Shown here: positions 1-8,872 of the stretch, one piece after another | How positions within the stretch are numbered: the first letter of the stretch is position 1 | Layout of the letters: each line of letters starts with the position of its first letter | Origin: an uncultured Candidatus Saccharibacteria bacterium | GTDB lineage: Bacteria; Patescibacteriota; Minisyncoccia; UBA6257; 2-01-FULL-56-20 | Direction: 5' to 3' | Length of the DNA stretch: 53,298 nucleotides | NCBI GenBank assembly: GCA_964360585.1 | Contig: CAYHXC010000001.1 | Span: 87,907-141,204 of the forward strand | Notes under the pieces: generated by a model | What the model saw: only the letters and a program-made list of their open reading frames with translations | Databases searched by the model: none | Told to the model about the DNA's origin: nothing | Position numbers and translations under genes: made by a program

Positions 1-390
1 AAAAGCGGCTACAAGGCTACCACTCCCCGCCTGGCAGTCTTAAACATTCTTCAAAAAGAGAAGAACCCTCTGAGCGCACAGGACATTATTGATATCTTGA
101 AAAACGAGATGGACAAGGCAACAGTTTATCGAATTTTAAAAGCGCTCAAAGAAAAGGGTCTGATCCGACAGGTTGATCTGCGACACAATCACGCGCACTA
201 CGAGATCACAAGCGACACTGAACACCATCATCTGGTATGCACAGAATGCGGACGAGTGGAAGATGTTCATGATTGTGGCGTAGAAGATACACATACTCTG
301 ATTCTTCGTCACTCCAAACACTTTTCCGAGATCAAACAACACGCACTTGAATTCTACGGCATCTGTAAGTCGTGTTCTAAAAAACGATGA
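1..390 (+). CDS. Fur-family (Fur/Zur/PerR) transcriptional regulator, 5'-truncated by window edge
   Basis: Frame 1 is open from base 1 (KSGYKATTPRLAVLNIL...ATVYRIL...HHHLVCTECG...FYGICKSC); these are Fur-family motifs with two CxxC. Confidence 0.92.
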   Translation, partial: KSGYKATTPRLAVLNILQKEKNPLSAQDIIDILKNEMDKATVYRILKALKEKGLIRQVDLRHNHAHYEITSDTEHHHLVCTECGRVEDVHDCGVEDTHTLILRHSKHFSEIKQHALEFYGICKSCSKKR

Positions 391-1526
391 ACATGACGAA
401 GCGATCTCGGTGTTTCATTTTCTCTTCAGTCGGAATAATTATTCTGGCATTGATTTTCATTGGACTCCGACCTGACTCTTTGCAGTTTCTTCTTGCCAAA
501 ACATTTCCTTCCGATAAAGTCCTGTTGGCTAAGGTAGTCTCTGTGCATGAAGAAAGACAGGACATTAATGGCGAACCATCTTTCTGGGATACTATCGTGA
601 TCGAATTCTTAACTGGCTCAGTTCGCGGTGAGAAAACGGATATCCATAACCGCCTTTCTGCAACTGCTGACCCGAAACAAAAAATCAAAGTCGGCGAAAC
701 AATTATTGTTGCTGAAAGTACCGACTTCCAAGGTGATCGATATTATATGGCAGATCGATATCGACTCCCTACGTTAGTTTTTCTTGGTTTGATATTTGTC
801 TTAGCAATTGTAGTAATCGGAGGGATCCGCGGACTCACTTCTCTTCTAGGACTAGCGGCAAGTTTAGCAGTGTTACTTCTTTTTATAATCCCGAGGATTC
901 TCTCTGGTAATGATCCGTTAGTAATTAGTTTTATTGGCGCAGTAGTGATTGCGGTTGTTTCCTTATATCTAGCTCATGGTTTCAGTAAAAGAACTACTGT
1001 GGCATTAGCGGGAACTCTCATTACGCTGGTAATTGCGATTATTCTGACTGTCATCTTCACTTCAGCGACCAACTTACTCGGTATTGCTACCGAGGAGAGT
1101 TTTCTTTTAAAGCTCAACGTAGGAAACATCAGTCTCCGTGGGCTACTTCTAGCTGGCATAATTATTGGCATGCTTGGTGTTCTAGACGATGTAACCATTG
1201 GCCAGGCGGCAACAGTGCAGGAGATCAAAGAAGCGAATCCAACCCTTGGACTCCAAGAGCTCTATCGCCGAGGAATAACGGTCGGTAAGGAACATATTGC
1301 CTCACTAGTGAATACGCTGGTCTTGGCCTATGCGGGAACCGCCCTCCCCCTACTTCTTCTTTTGGTTGTGCAGGGTGATAACGTCCCATTTTGGTTGGCA
1401 ATAAATGGTGAACCGATTGCAGAAGAAATTGTCCGTACTCTCGTAGGAAGTTTGGCCCTGGTGTTCGCCGTACCGATCACCACCCTCATAGCAGCGTATT
1501 ACTACGGGAAGGCGAGACACTCCTAG
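387..1526 (+). CDS. YibE/F family membrane protein
   Basis: Multiple TM helices; GIIIGMLGVLDDVT, NTLVLAYAG and EEIVRTLVGS motifs; ATGA overlap with the Fur gene. Confidence 0.9.
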   Translation: MNMTKRSRCFIFSSVGIIILALIFIGLRPDSLQFLLAKTFPSDKVLLAKVVSVHEERQDINGEPSFWDTIVIEFLTGSVRGEKTDIHNRLSATADPKQKIKVGETIIVAESTDFQGDRYYMADRYRLPTLVFLGLIFVLAIVVIGGIRGLTSLLGLAASLAVLLLFIIPRILSGNDPLVISFIGAVVIAVVSLYLAHGFSKRTTVALAGTLITLVIAIILTVIFTSATNLLGIATEESFLLKLNVGNISLRGLLLAGIIIGMLGVLDDVTIGQAATVQEIKEANPTLGLQELYRRGITVGKEHIASLVNTLVLAYAGTALPLLLLLVVQGDNVPFWLAINGEPIAEEIVRTLVGSLALVFAVPITTLIAAYYYGKARHS

Positions 1527-1534
1527 GTGCCACG

Positions 1535-1655
1535 AAACTGTCTCATTTGTCTCATTTACCCTAGACCGAGATGGGTCCATTACTCCCCTATTTCGACTCT
1601 CAGAAAACCCTTATACTGATTGAAAGTTCCTAGTACTAGACCGAGGTACACAGCC
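1535..1655. repeat. Imperfect direct repeat, copy 1 (copy 2 at 5679-5872)
   Basis: Three collinear blocks match copy 2 at 20/21, 24/29 and 33/42 nt (AAACTGTCTCATTTGT..., CCCCTATT...AAACCCTTA, TACTGATTGAAAGTTC...). Confidence 0.85.
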
Positions 1656-1691
1656 AACTCGTGATAGGTTATCCCGCTCAAAGAGCGTAGA

Positions 1692-2339
1692 TCATTTAGC
1701 TGGAATCATCTGTTTCGTGTATCCCAATTCAATGAGCCTTTCATAGGCCTCCCAAACATCGGTTGGAACTTCTTGAGGAATTTGAAATCCTTTTTCAGCA
1801 TAAAGTTTTATCCTCTGAAGGTCACCGACCATGATGTTAATCACATCTTCCCTGGAACGAAGATGATCGGGATACTCCTCAAAAGGTATCGGCGGCGAGG
1901 TAACGATCACTTCTTTTTCGGGCCAGTTCCTTTTGAAAGTGGCGTACGCTCGCCGTTCCATATATGGTTTCTGGACAACGATGAACTTTCTAGGATCAAT
2001 TCCTTTTTCTTCTATAAGCTTCTTAGTGAAAAGAATATTAGCCTGTGTATTAGTGGATTTATTCTCAATGATGATCTTATTTTGAGGAACTCCCATACTC
2101 ATAGCAATTTCTGCAAATCTATCCCCTTCAGGCTTATCCCATAATCCTTTGGTTAGCCTTCCTAATCCACCGGAAAATATGATGAGTGACGCCCAACCTT
2201 CAAGAAATAATTTACTTGCATACTGAGCAACTCGCTCATCGTGGCTACCCAGAACCAAAATACAGTCTGCCTTTTCGAGCTTCTGATTCATATGATGGTA
2301 ATCCCAAATCTTTTCGGCCAGGATTTCAGCTTCTGTCAT
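1692..2339 (-). CDS. YdcF/SanA (DUF218) family protein
   Basis: ADCILVLGS, IIFSGG, ENKSTNTQAN and VQKPYMERRA motifs. Start refined to MTEAE at 2339, which lies 7 nt after TATAAT. Confidence 0.88.
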   Translation of the reverse strand: MTEAEILAEKIWDYHHMNQKLEKADCILVLGSHDERVAQYASKLFLEGWASLIIFSGGLGRLTKGLWDKPEGDRFAEIAMSMGVPQNKIIIENKSTNTQANILFTKKLIEEKGIDPRKFIVVQKPYMERRAYATFKRNWPEKEVIVTSPPIPFEEYPDHLRSREDVINIMVGDLQRIKLYAEKGFQIPQEVPTDVWEAYERLIELGYTKQMIPAK

Positions 2340-2406
2340 AGTTAACATTATAGCGATTTGTCGTACAACAGCCCTTGTGGGACGGAAAATAAGCGAATTC
2401 CCGAAG

Positions 2407-2583
2407 TTAGTTTTCTCTGCTCGGAACGAACAGAAAGAAAATGACAATCCAGACAGTACAAGCTGCCATGAACTGCATGGTTCGGTCCCAATCCCACCCA
2501 AAGAAGAAAAAGGTGATGAGGAGAAATCCAAGCAAAAACACAACCATCTTCCCAAATTTATTTTTCAGTATAGTTTGCAACAT
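2407..2583 (-). CDS. Small two-TM membrane protein (58 aa), not in ORF track
   Basis: MLQTILKNKFGKMVVFLLGFLLITFFFFGWDWDRTMQFMAACTVWIVIFFLFVPSREN*; starts 4 nt after the upstream gene's stop. Confidence 0.6.
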   Translation of the reverse strand: MLQTILKNKFGKMVVFLLGFLLITFFFFGWDWDRTMQFMAACTVWIVIFFLFVPSREN

Positions 2584-2587
2584 ATTT

Positions 2588-4972
2588 CTATAACCCTACA
2601 ACACTGTTGATCTGCGTTCTTGTTTTGATACCAACATAGCCATTCGCCGGAACAATACCGTTGTCGACCTGGAATTGGACTACGGCTTTTTTTGTGAGCG
2701 GGCCAAAGTAACCTGAAAAAATTGCTTCTGGATAATAGCCTTCTTTCACGAGCCATCTCTGCAAAACTGCGACATCATCTCCCTGTACTCCGAGCGAGAG
2801 ATCTCGAGAAAACGCAGGATCGTTCTCGGACAAATATCGTAAAGCAGAGTAGGATTCCAACTTTGTACGCGTGGGCCCATCAACCACACCCGTAACTCGA
2901 AGCTTATGTATTTCCTGGAATCGAATAAGCGCAGACTGAGTTAATGATCCAAAGTATCCGGTAACCAATCCTTGAGGATACAATTTTTCTTCGGTGGCCA
3001 GCAAAACTTGCAGATGCACCACATCACGTCCCGTTGCGCCAATGCCGAAGTTCTTCTCAAATACAAAGTACGGTGTTTTTGCTGCAGAGACGGGAGTAGC
3101 TTCAAGCTCTGTTTGGTCTTCGCTTACTGTTGGCGTAGCGGCGAGAAGGATTCCTTTTGAGGCGCCTCGGAACTGACTGACGTGGTAAATACCATAGTGA
3201 TAGGTGTGGTTATTTATCAGACCGGTGTCGGTGAAAGATTTGGCCGTACCTTCGTACACAATTTTCCCATCCCAGGCATTTCTGGGACTGACCGCATTCC
3301 GACGTACTACACGGATACGATCGTTCGGAGATTTTTTATCGAACACGAAGAGAACCTGGCTTTCCAAAGCATCAGCCTTAATCAGCTGCGGCTTTGGAAG
3401 CGAGGTTGGCGGTCGTACTCCCCCAATCAGAACTGGCGGTGGCGGAGTGATGTCGGGCGGATCGGGTAAGAGAACAGTGTTATTTTCCTCAAAAGAACTT
3501 CCTTCGATTCCAGAAAAAGAATCTGTCCGGAATGTCCGGTCTTTAGAAATTGTGGTATTCCCTGCCTCGTCAGTAACCGTTGCTTGATAATGATACGCGG
3601 TGTCGGACGAAAGTCCTTGGACCTCATGGACATGATCGATCAGCCGCACACTATGTTTCCCCGCCGATGACACGTAAGCTGTCGAAGTTCCGTAGTGGAG
3701 ATCTCCCTCAGTGGGCACATTGGTAGTCCAGATAATTCTCGCCGTCGAGGTGCCAATCTGACTGACCTGAACATTTGATATGTGAGGTTGTACAGCCACT
3801 GTCGCTCTCGGCAGGGTGGTGAATTCTAAGTTATCTATCGCCGCGTTTTGACCATCGGCGGCTTCCGAACGAATACCGTATCTATAACTCGTTTCTGGAC
3901 GAAGACCGATAAGTACCACGCTGTGGTTCAAAGAGAGATTAGTTCCCTTAATCGTTGACGATCCATATGAACTCGTGAAACCGTAGAGCACTTGTCGGGT
4001 GGCTGGTTCAGATGTGGTCCACGTAATCTTCACGGTCGAAGTGCTAACCGATACAACCAGTGGATCCGTGGCAAAAAGTGGCGTTGCAGTTTCTGATGTA
4101 CTGACTGACTCTGTTGTCGTGGCCGTAGGTGTCGTAGTAGTACTCACAGTCGTCGTGACACTATTTTCTACCGATTCTGTTATTTCCGAGGTGGAAGTTG
4201 GAGTAGTCTGAGTGCTCGTCGCGGTAGTGGTAGTAGCGGTAGTTGTAGGCTGAGAAACTGTTAAAGCCTTGGTCCGAAAGGTGTTATCGAAAGAATGGGC
4301 CACGTTTCCAGACTCGTCTTCAGCTATCACGCGATAGTGATACACCGTATCTGGGAAAAGCCCGGTAATATTCATCTGGTGATCAAGAGAAAACTCTTCG
4401 CCTGCCGTCACAAAACTTCCGTAATTTTCTGTTTTGCCATACTCAACCCTGACCTCTGAAAGTTCATCGGTGATTACAGTAATCGTAGCAGTAGTCGTCG
4501 CTACTCCAATAACACCGACTTCCGTAATCAAAGGCGGTTCATTATCAGTGGGCGTTGGTTCTGCGGCGGTTTTCATCAGATGATCCGACGAATACGAAAT
4601 ATTTCCGGCCGCATCCTTAGCTACCACGCGATAGTGGTAGGTCGTGTCCGGAGTCAGTCCGGCGATAATCGCCGTGCCCTCGAGCGAAGCAGTGACACTC
4701 TCGGAAGTTTGTAGGCCATAACTTGAACTCAAACCATACTCAACGTAGCTTGTCGCCACTTCATCCATCGTCCAGACAACGGTCAGCTCGTCAGGCAAAA
4801 CAGAAACGGCTTGAACCGAAGTAAATGTCGGACCAGTTGTATTCTGCTCTTGCTCCGGTATGTTTTCCGTGGGCGACGAAGTATCGAGTTGCGCAAAGAC
4901 AGATACTCCTTGTCCCAAAATCAAAACGGCGGCAGTAAAAACAGCGACCCACTTTTGATTTGTAAGGTTCAC
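2588..4972 (-). CDS. Secreted surface protein: tandem FN3-like repeats, Thr-rich stalk, two C-terminal peptidoglycan-binding (PG_binding_1-like) domains
   Basis: Signal peptide; four repeats of W.T.E....V.YG...SYG...L.P.T.Y.YR; TTTATTTT linker; twice DV..LQ..L...GYFG.LT..A...FQ. Confidence 0.85.
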   Translation of the reverse strand: MNLTNQKWVAVFTAAVLILGQGVSVFAQLDTSSPTENIPEQEQNTTGPTFTSVQAVSVLPDELTVVWTMDEVATSYVEYGLSSSYGLQTSESVTASLEGTAIIAGLTPDTTYHYRVVAKDAAGNISYSSDHLMKTAAEPTPTDNEPPLITEVGVIGVATTTATITVITDELSEVRVEYGKTENYGSFVTAGEEFSLDHQMNITGLFPDTVYHYRVIAEDESGNVAHSFDNTFRTKALTVSQPTTTATTTTATSTQTTPTSTSEITESVENSVTTTVSTTTTPTATTTESVSTSETATPLFATDPLVVSVSTSTVKITWTTSEPATRQVLYGFTSSYGSSTIKGTNLSLNHSVVLIGLRPETSYRYGIRSEAADGQNAAIDNLEFTTLPRATVAVQPHISNVQVSQIGTSTARIIWTTNVPTEGDLHYGTSTAYVSSAGKHSVRLIDHVHEVQGLSSDTAYHYQATVTDEAGNTTISKDRTFRTDSFSGIEGSSFEENNTVLLPDPPDITPPPPVLIGGVRPPTSLPKPQLIKADALESQVLFVFDKKSPNDRIRVVRRNAVSPRNAWDGKIVYEGTAKSFTDTGLINNHTYHYGIYHVSQFRGASKGILLAATPTVSEDQTELEATPVSAAKTPYFVFEKNFGIGATGRDVVHLQVLLATEEKLYPQGLVTGYFGSLTQSALIRFQEIHKLRVTGVVDGPTRTKLESYSALRYLSENDPAFSRDLSLGVQGDDVAVLQRWLVKEGYYPEAIFSGYFGPLTKKAVVQFQVDNGIVPANGYVGIKTRTQINSVVGL

Positions 4973-5631
4973 AACTTTTTGGGTTTACGATAGAGCTTGT
5001 GGAACCCCATGGCTAAAAAGACAACCAAACTGCCAATCAGAATCCCGAGAACGTTCAGCAGGAAGATCAGGAAAGTTCTCTGCGCGGGAAAACTCGTCGG
5101 ATCAACAATCCCAATACCGGTCGCGACCAAAGGCGGCATGAGTGAGACCGCAATTCCGATGCCCGTTAGAGAACTGCCTACTTTTGAACGAACCAGACCA
5201 TAGGCCGCAACGAATCCGGCAATAAGCGCAATCGCTGTCGCCAGATAAAGATCGGAACCAAAGGACACAAATATTGGATCGACGCGAACATGTCCGAAGT
5301 AAAATGTGAGACCGCCGGCCAGGAGAATCGCGAGGCCGAGAGAAACCACGAGCATACCAGTAGTCCGGAGCATCAAACGTCCGTCTCCGCCGACAATACC
5401 GAGACTCAAGCCTAAAATAGGATAGGCCAGTGGCGCCACGATCATGCTGGCGATCAGGACAGCGATACTGTCGAGAAAAATACCGCACACCGCGAGAAGT
5501 ATCGCGCCGGTGACAAGAAGATAAAAATCTCGATCGGGAACTGTTTTATCAAGGAGTTCGGCTATGGCTTGTTTTTTATCTGCCTCTCGGAAGGGACGAG
5601 AAGAGTACCAGAGCCGATCTTTGGAGATCAT
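4969..5631 (-). CDS. DUF389 (TIGR00341-like) hydrophobic membrane protein
   Basis: DSIAVLIASMIVAPL and GIGIAVSLMPPL motifs; GTGA overlap with the downstream gene. Confidence 0.85.
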   Translation of the reverse strand: MISKDRLWYSSRPFREADKKQAIAELLDKTVPDRDFYLLVTGAILLAVCGIFLDSIAVLIASMIVAPLAYPILGLSLGIVGGDGRLMLRTTGMLVVSLGLAILLAGGLTFYFGHVRVDPIFVSFGSDLYLATAIALIAGFVAAYGLVRSKVGSSLTGIGIAVSLMPPLVATGIGIVDPTSFPAQRTFLIFLLNVLGILIGSLVVFLAMGFHKLYRKPKKL

Positions 5632-5678
5632 TTAGGAAGTATACCACTATTCATTATTTAATAGCGGTTTGGATGAAA

Positions 5679-5872
5679 AAACTGTCTCATTTGTTTCATC
5701 CCCTATTCTGACACTCAAGAAACCCTTACTGTGTCCGTCCGACTTGTCTGCCACAGCCTCTGCCTGTGCGTGTTCGCACGCAGACAGGTCAGCGACGGCA
5801 GAAGCTTGCTACAATGGAAGCGAAAGAGGATACTGATTGAAAGTTCTCGGTATTAGACTTAGGAGCACAACC
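5679..5872. repeat. Imperfect direct repeat, copy 2, interrupted by ~100 bp of nested palindromes (5732-5830)
   Basis: Aligns to 1535-1655; the extra segment is flanked by TACTG at 5727-5731 and 5831-5835. Confidence 0.85.
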
Positions 5873-5918
5873 GAGTTGAATTGAGTTCTGGCGCCGGGAA
5901 TACATTAAAATTAGACAA

Positions 5919-6293
5919 ATGAAGCTAAAAAGGAAATTGGTTAAAATTCTAGAAGACCGCAGTGTAACAAAGGCAACCGATATTTCGAGCCAGGGTTTTA
6001 TCAACTACATCATCAATGATTATAAATGGCTTCGTATTAATCATTTCGGATTTAACAAAAGTAAATATTCCAGAAAGATTAATCATATTATTGAGGATTG
6101 TATAGAGGGTAAGTATATCTGTGAAAACGATGATTCAAACGTTAGTGTTATTAGAAGAGGAAGAGACCTCATAAAGTGGACGGGTTTTGCTGAGGATTAT
6201 CTTAGAAGCAGAGCAAGATTGCATCGTGCATTATTGCAAGTATTGTCTGGTGCTGTAGGAGGTTCAGTTGTAACTTGGCTATTAATCAGATAG
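5919..6293 (+). CDS. Hypothetical protein with C-terminal TM helix
   Basis: 124-aa AT-rich ORF with TAAAAT 7 nt upstream of ATG. Confidence 0.6.
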   Translation: MKLKRKLVKILEDRSVTKATDISSQGFINYIINDYKWLRINHFGFNKSKYSRKINHIIEDCIEGKYICENDDSNVSVIRRGRDLIKWTGFAEDYLRSRARLHRALLQVLSGAVGGSVVTWLLIR

Positions 6294-6305
6294 CGAGGTA
6301 AACCC

Positions 6306-6518
6306 ATGACTTATAAAACACTTTCAAAAATCTGCCTCGCAATATCTGGCTCATCAATCGTGTACATGTTTTTGATTATTTACGAAGGCACCAACTTTGG
6401 TTGGACGGTGTTCTTTGTGTTTTTGGTATTCGCAATTTTATTTCACACTCTGGACGAGAAAGAGAAGGAGGTAGGGATACTTCGTTCGTCGAAAGAAAGA
6501 AAACAAACAAAAGAGTAG
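6306..6518 (+). CDS. Small two-TM hypothetical protein
   Basis: 70 aa, two hydrophobic segments and a charged tail. Confidence 0.55.
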   Translation: MTYKTLSKICLAISGSSIVYMFLIIYEGTNFGWTVFFVFLVFAILFHTLDEKEKEVGILRSSKERKQTKE

Positions 6519-6573
6519 AGATAAGAAATCGACGCGCCCGAGGAGGGTCAAAATATTAATTTAAAATACACCT

Positions 6574-6843
6574 ATGCGGTACATCTGGCTCATATTCACA
6601 ATTATATTTATTGCTTTGGCAAGGTACCACTTTCGTCAATCGAGGTTTAAAATAGAAAATATAGAAAGTAAAGCCAATATTAAAACTATAAATGGTACTA
6701 ATCTCGGGATTGCTGAATTTATCTCTGAGTTTAATGGTTATATTGACAAACAAAATAGAAGTAATAAAGAAATAAATATTGTACAAAGTGTGGGGTACCT
6801 GGTAGCAGCAGCGACTGCACTATTCTCTTTCTTTCTAAGTTAA
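6574..6843 (+). CDS. Small membrane hypothetical protein
   Basis: 89 aa, N- and C-terminal TM segments; TAAAAT 6 nt before ATG. Confidence 0.6.
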   Translation: MRYIWLIFTIIFIALARYHFRQSRFKIENIESKANIKTINGTNLGIAEFISEFNGYIDKQNRSNKEINIVQSVGYLVAAATALFSFFLS

Positions 6844-7151
6844 CACTACCTGGGACCCGTCGTTATTGGACTCACCCCGCAAGGTTCTAGCTCGAAACGA
6901 TCAGCCAGATAAAAAACAGAGAGACGAAAGAACGCCACGATGTTAAACAAGAATACCTCGACCAAGCGCGCGCAGAAATGGAAACTCCTCAATCAGATGA
7001 AAAAGTTTTTGTGTTTACGCCAGAAACCGATCTTACGGAGTGGTTGCGTAGATTGGACTAAACTATACGCAAAGCTTCAGAGAAATCCTTCACCATAACT
7101 TTATCTGCTTCTTGATACTCTAAAAATACACACCGTGATAGAATCACCATT

Positions 7152-7781
7152 ATGCGTAAAATTATCAGCACAACGTTTGTAACTTTGGATGGCGTCATGC
7201 AGGCACCCGGCGGACCAGAAGAAGACAAAACGAATGGTTTCAAATATGGCGGCTGGCAAGTGGCCGTGCCCATGGACAAGATGATGGAATCTACTCTCTC
7301 GGCGATAATGAACGCCCCATTCGAACTGCTTCTCGGTAAGACCACGTACAATATATTTGCCTCCTACTGGCCCCATGCGAAGATAGACAACGAAGTGGCG
7401 GTGCCGTTTAATGCCACGAAAAAATATGTGGTGTCCCACACCTCCTTCGAGCCTTCATGGAACAATTCGGTCTGCGTGACCGGCGATGTCCCAGCACAAC
7501 TCCAAAAACTCAAGGAAGAGAACGGTCCAAATTTGTGGGTTTGGGGTAGCGGAAATCTTATTCAAACATTACTCAAGGATCATTTGATCGATCGCATGCA
7601 ACTCTGGATCTATCCTTTAACCATCGGCAGCGGCCCTGGCCGGGCAGGCAAAAAACTTTTCGAGGAGGGAACGGGGCCTGAGAAGTTCAAACTTGCCGAG
7701 TCCAAGATCTCTACGACCGGCGTGATCCTCGCAACCTACGAGCCTGTGGGCGGATTCAAGACCGGCACAATTGGTGAATAG
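7152..7781 (+). CDS. Dihydrofolate reductase-like / RibD C-terminal domain protein
   Basis: MRKII..FVTLDGVMQAPGG, LLLGKTTY, KYVVS and WGSGNLIQTL motifs. Confidence 0.9.
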   Translation: MRKIISTTFVTLDGVMQAPGGPEEDKTNGFKYGGWQVAVPMDKMMESTLSAIMNAPFELLLGKTTYNIFASYWPHAKIDNEVAVPFNATKKYVVSHTSFEPSWNNSVCVTGDVPAQLQKLKEENGPNLWVWGSGNLIQTLLKDHLIDRMQLWIYPLTIGSGPGRAGKKLFEEGTGPEKFKLAESKISTTGVILATYEPVGGFKTGTIGE

Positions 7782-7783
7782 AC

Positions 7784-8431
7784 TTATGCTCCAATTTTTT
7801 TGCCCAAAATGAAGTTATTCAAGTGATAAGTAAATACTTTCTCCACAGCGAATCCTGTATTCTCAAGGAGTTGCTTCAACTCCCCCTGATCGTAAATGTG
7901 CTTATGAACTTCAAATATCCTGCCCAGATACCTAAAAATAAGCCTTTGTAAAAAAGTATCGGCCCCGGGATCAACCAGAAGGAGCCTCCCTTCCTCTTTT
8001 AGTTTTTGAGCTAGCACAAGAAGTACTTCCTGCGGCTCCCAAAAATGGTGGAAGGCTTCAGACGAAATAATAAGATCGAAACTGTCCTCATCGAAAGGCA
8101 CCTCCTCTGCATTACTCACCACGAAAGAAATATTCCGTAAATCTCCAATTTTATTTTTGGCCTCTGTAATCATTTGACGAGAGCCGTCTACTCCCCAGAA
8201 AGTGCTCTCCGGATATCGCCGGGCCAAACGCAGCACGACCTCTCCGGTACCGCAGGCTACGTCCAGTACGCGCATTTTCGGTTGGACTAATTTCTCTTCC
8301 TGAATAGTCTCCACAATCTTCTGGTAGAGAGATTCGAAATAAAATCGAGAAATATGGGAGTCGTACCTACTCGCCATCCGATCAAAGAAATGGGTAGTGC
8401 GATTTTCAAATTTTGTTTTCTGGTCAGTCAT
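7784..8431 (-). CDS. Class I SAM-dependent methyltransferase (UbiE-like)
   Basis: VLDVACGTG, GVD, VPF..DSFDLI and AFHH motifs. Confidence 0.88.
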   Translation of the reverse strand: MTDQKTKFENRTTHFFDRMASRYDSHISRFYFESLYQKIVETIQEEKLVQPKMRVLDVACGTGEVVLRLARRYPESTFWGVDGSRQMITEAKNKIGDLRNISFVVSNAEEVPFDEDSFDLIISSEAFHHFWEPQEVLLVLAQKLKEEGRLLLVDPGADTFLQRLIFRYLGRIFEVHKHIYDQGELKQLLENTGFAVEKVFTYHLNNFILGKKIGA

Positions 8432-8434
8432 GTT

Positions 8435-8872
8435 TTACCAGTTTTTACAACACTCGATCATCTTTTTACCAACATTTTGCCATTTTTGGTTCTCATATAA
8501 AATAAAAATGACGATAAAGACTGCCCAGACACCAAGTAAAAACAAGATCTCGTTTAAGTTGCCCTGCGGTAATCCAGTAATCAGCTGATAGGCTATCCAG
8601 AAAAAAGAAATAAGGGCCGGAAATTTGAAGATCTGATACGTCGTTGAAGTCTTGGAAAAAAAATAGTACATTCCGCCAACCGCACTGCCACCCAGAAGAA
8701 TTCCGATCAAGACTGGATCGCCAGCACCATAAACCCAGTGGTTGTAAAGCAAAACTAGCCAGGTCGCGCTTACCGAAACGCACAGAGCGCAAATTTTTTT
8801 GCTGCCAAACTCTCGTCCTAAAATAGCAAGGATGAAAAAACTAAGAAGTAGGGAGAGGGGAAAGAACATCAT
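8435..8872 (-). CDS. Uncharacterised four-TM membrane protein with CxxC (ICALC) and C-terminal CC motif
   Basis: Hydrophobic ORF inside the copper operon; overlaps the upstream gene by 4 nt. Confidence 0.75.
   Translation of the reverse strand: MMFFPLSLLLSFFILAILGREFGSKKICALCVSVSATWLVLLYNHWVYGAGDPVLIGILLGGSAVGGMYYFFSKTSTTYQIFKFPALISFFWIAYQLITGLPQGNLNEILFLLGVWAVFIVIFILYENQKWQNVGKKMIECCKNW

Noticed and set aside
2340-2555. N-terminal extension of the 287-aa YdcF ORF
   Set aside because: It overlaps a better small membrane ORF in another frame. Family similarity begins at MTEAE, which has a -10 box 7 nt upstream.
6528-6552. GACGCGCCCGAGGAGGGTC resembling a reverse-complemented tRNA 3' end (att site)
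   Set aside because: No TTCGA T-loop or cloverleaf; the match is too weak.
6891-7061. Open frame ...KQEYLDQARAEMETPQSDEKVFVFTPETDLTEWLRRLD*
   Set aside because: Protein-like, but it has no convincing start or recognisable family. Possibly a remnant, not supportable.
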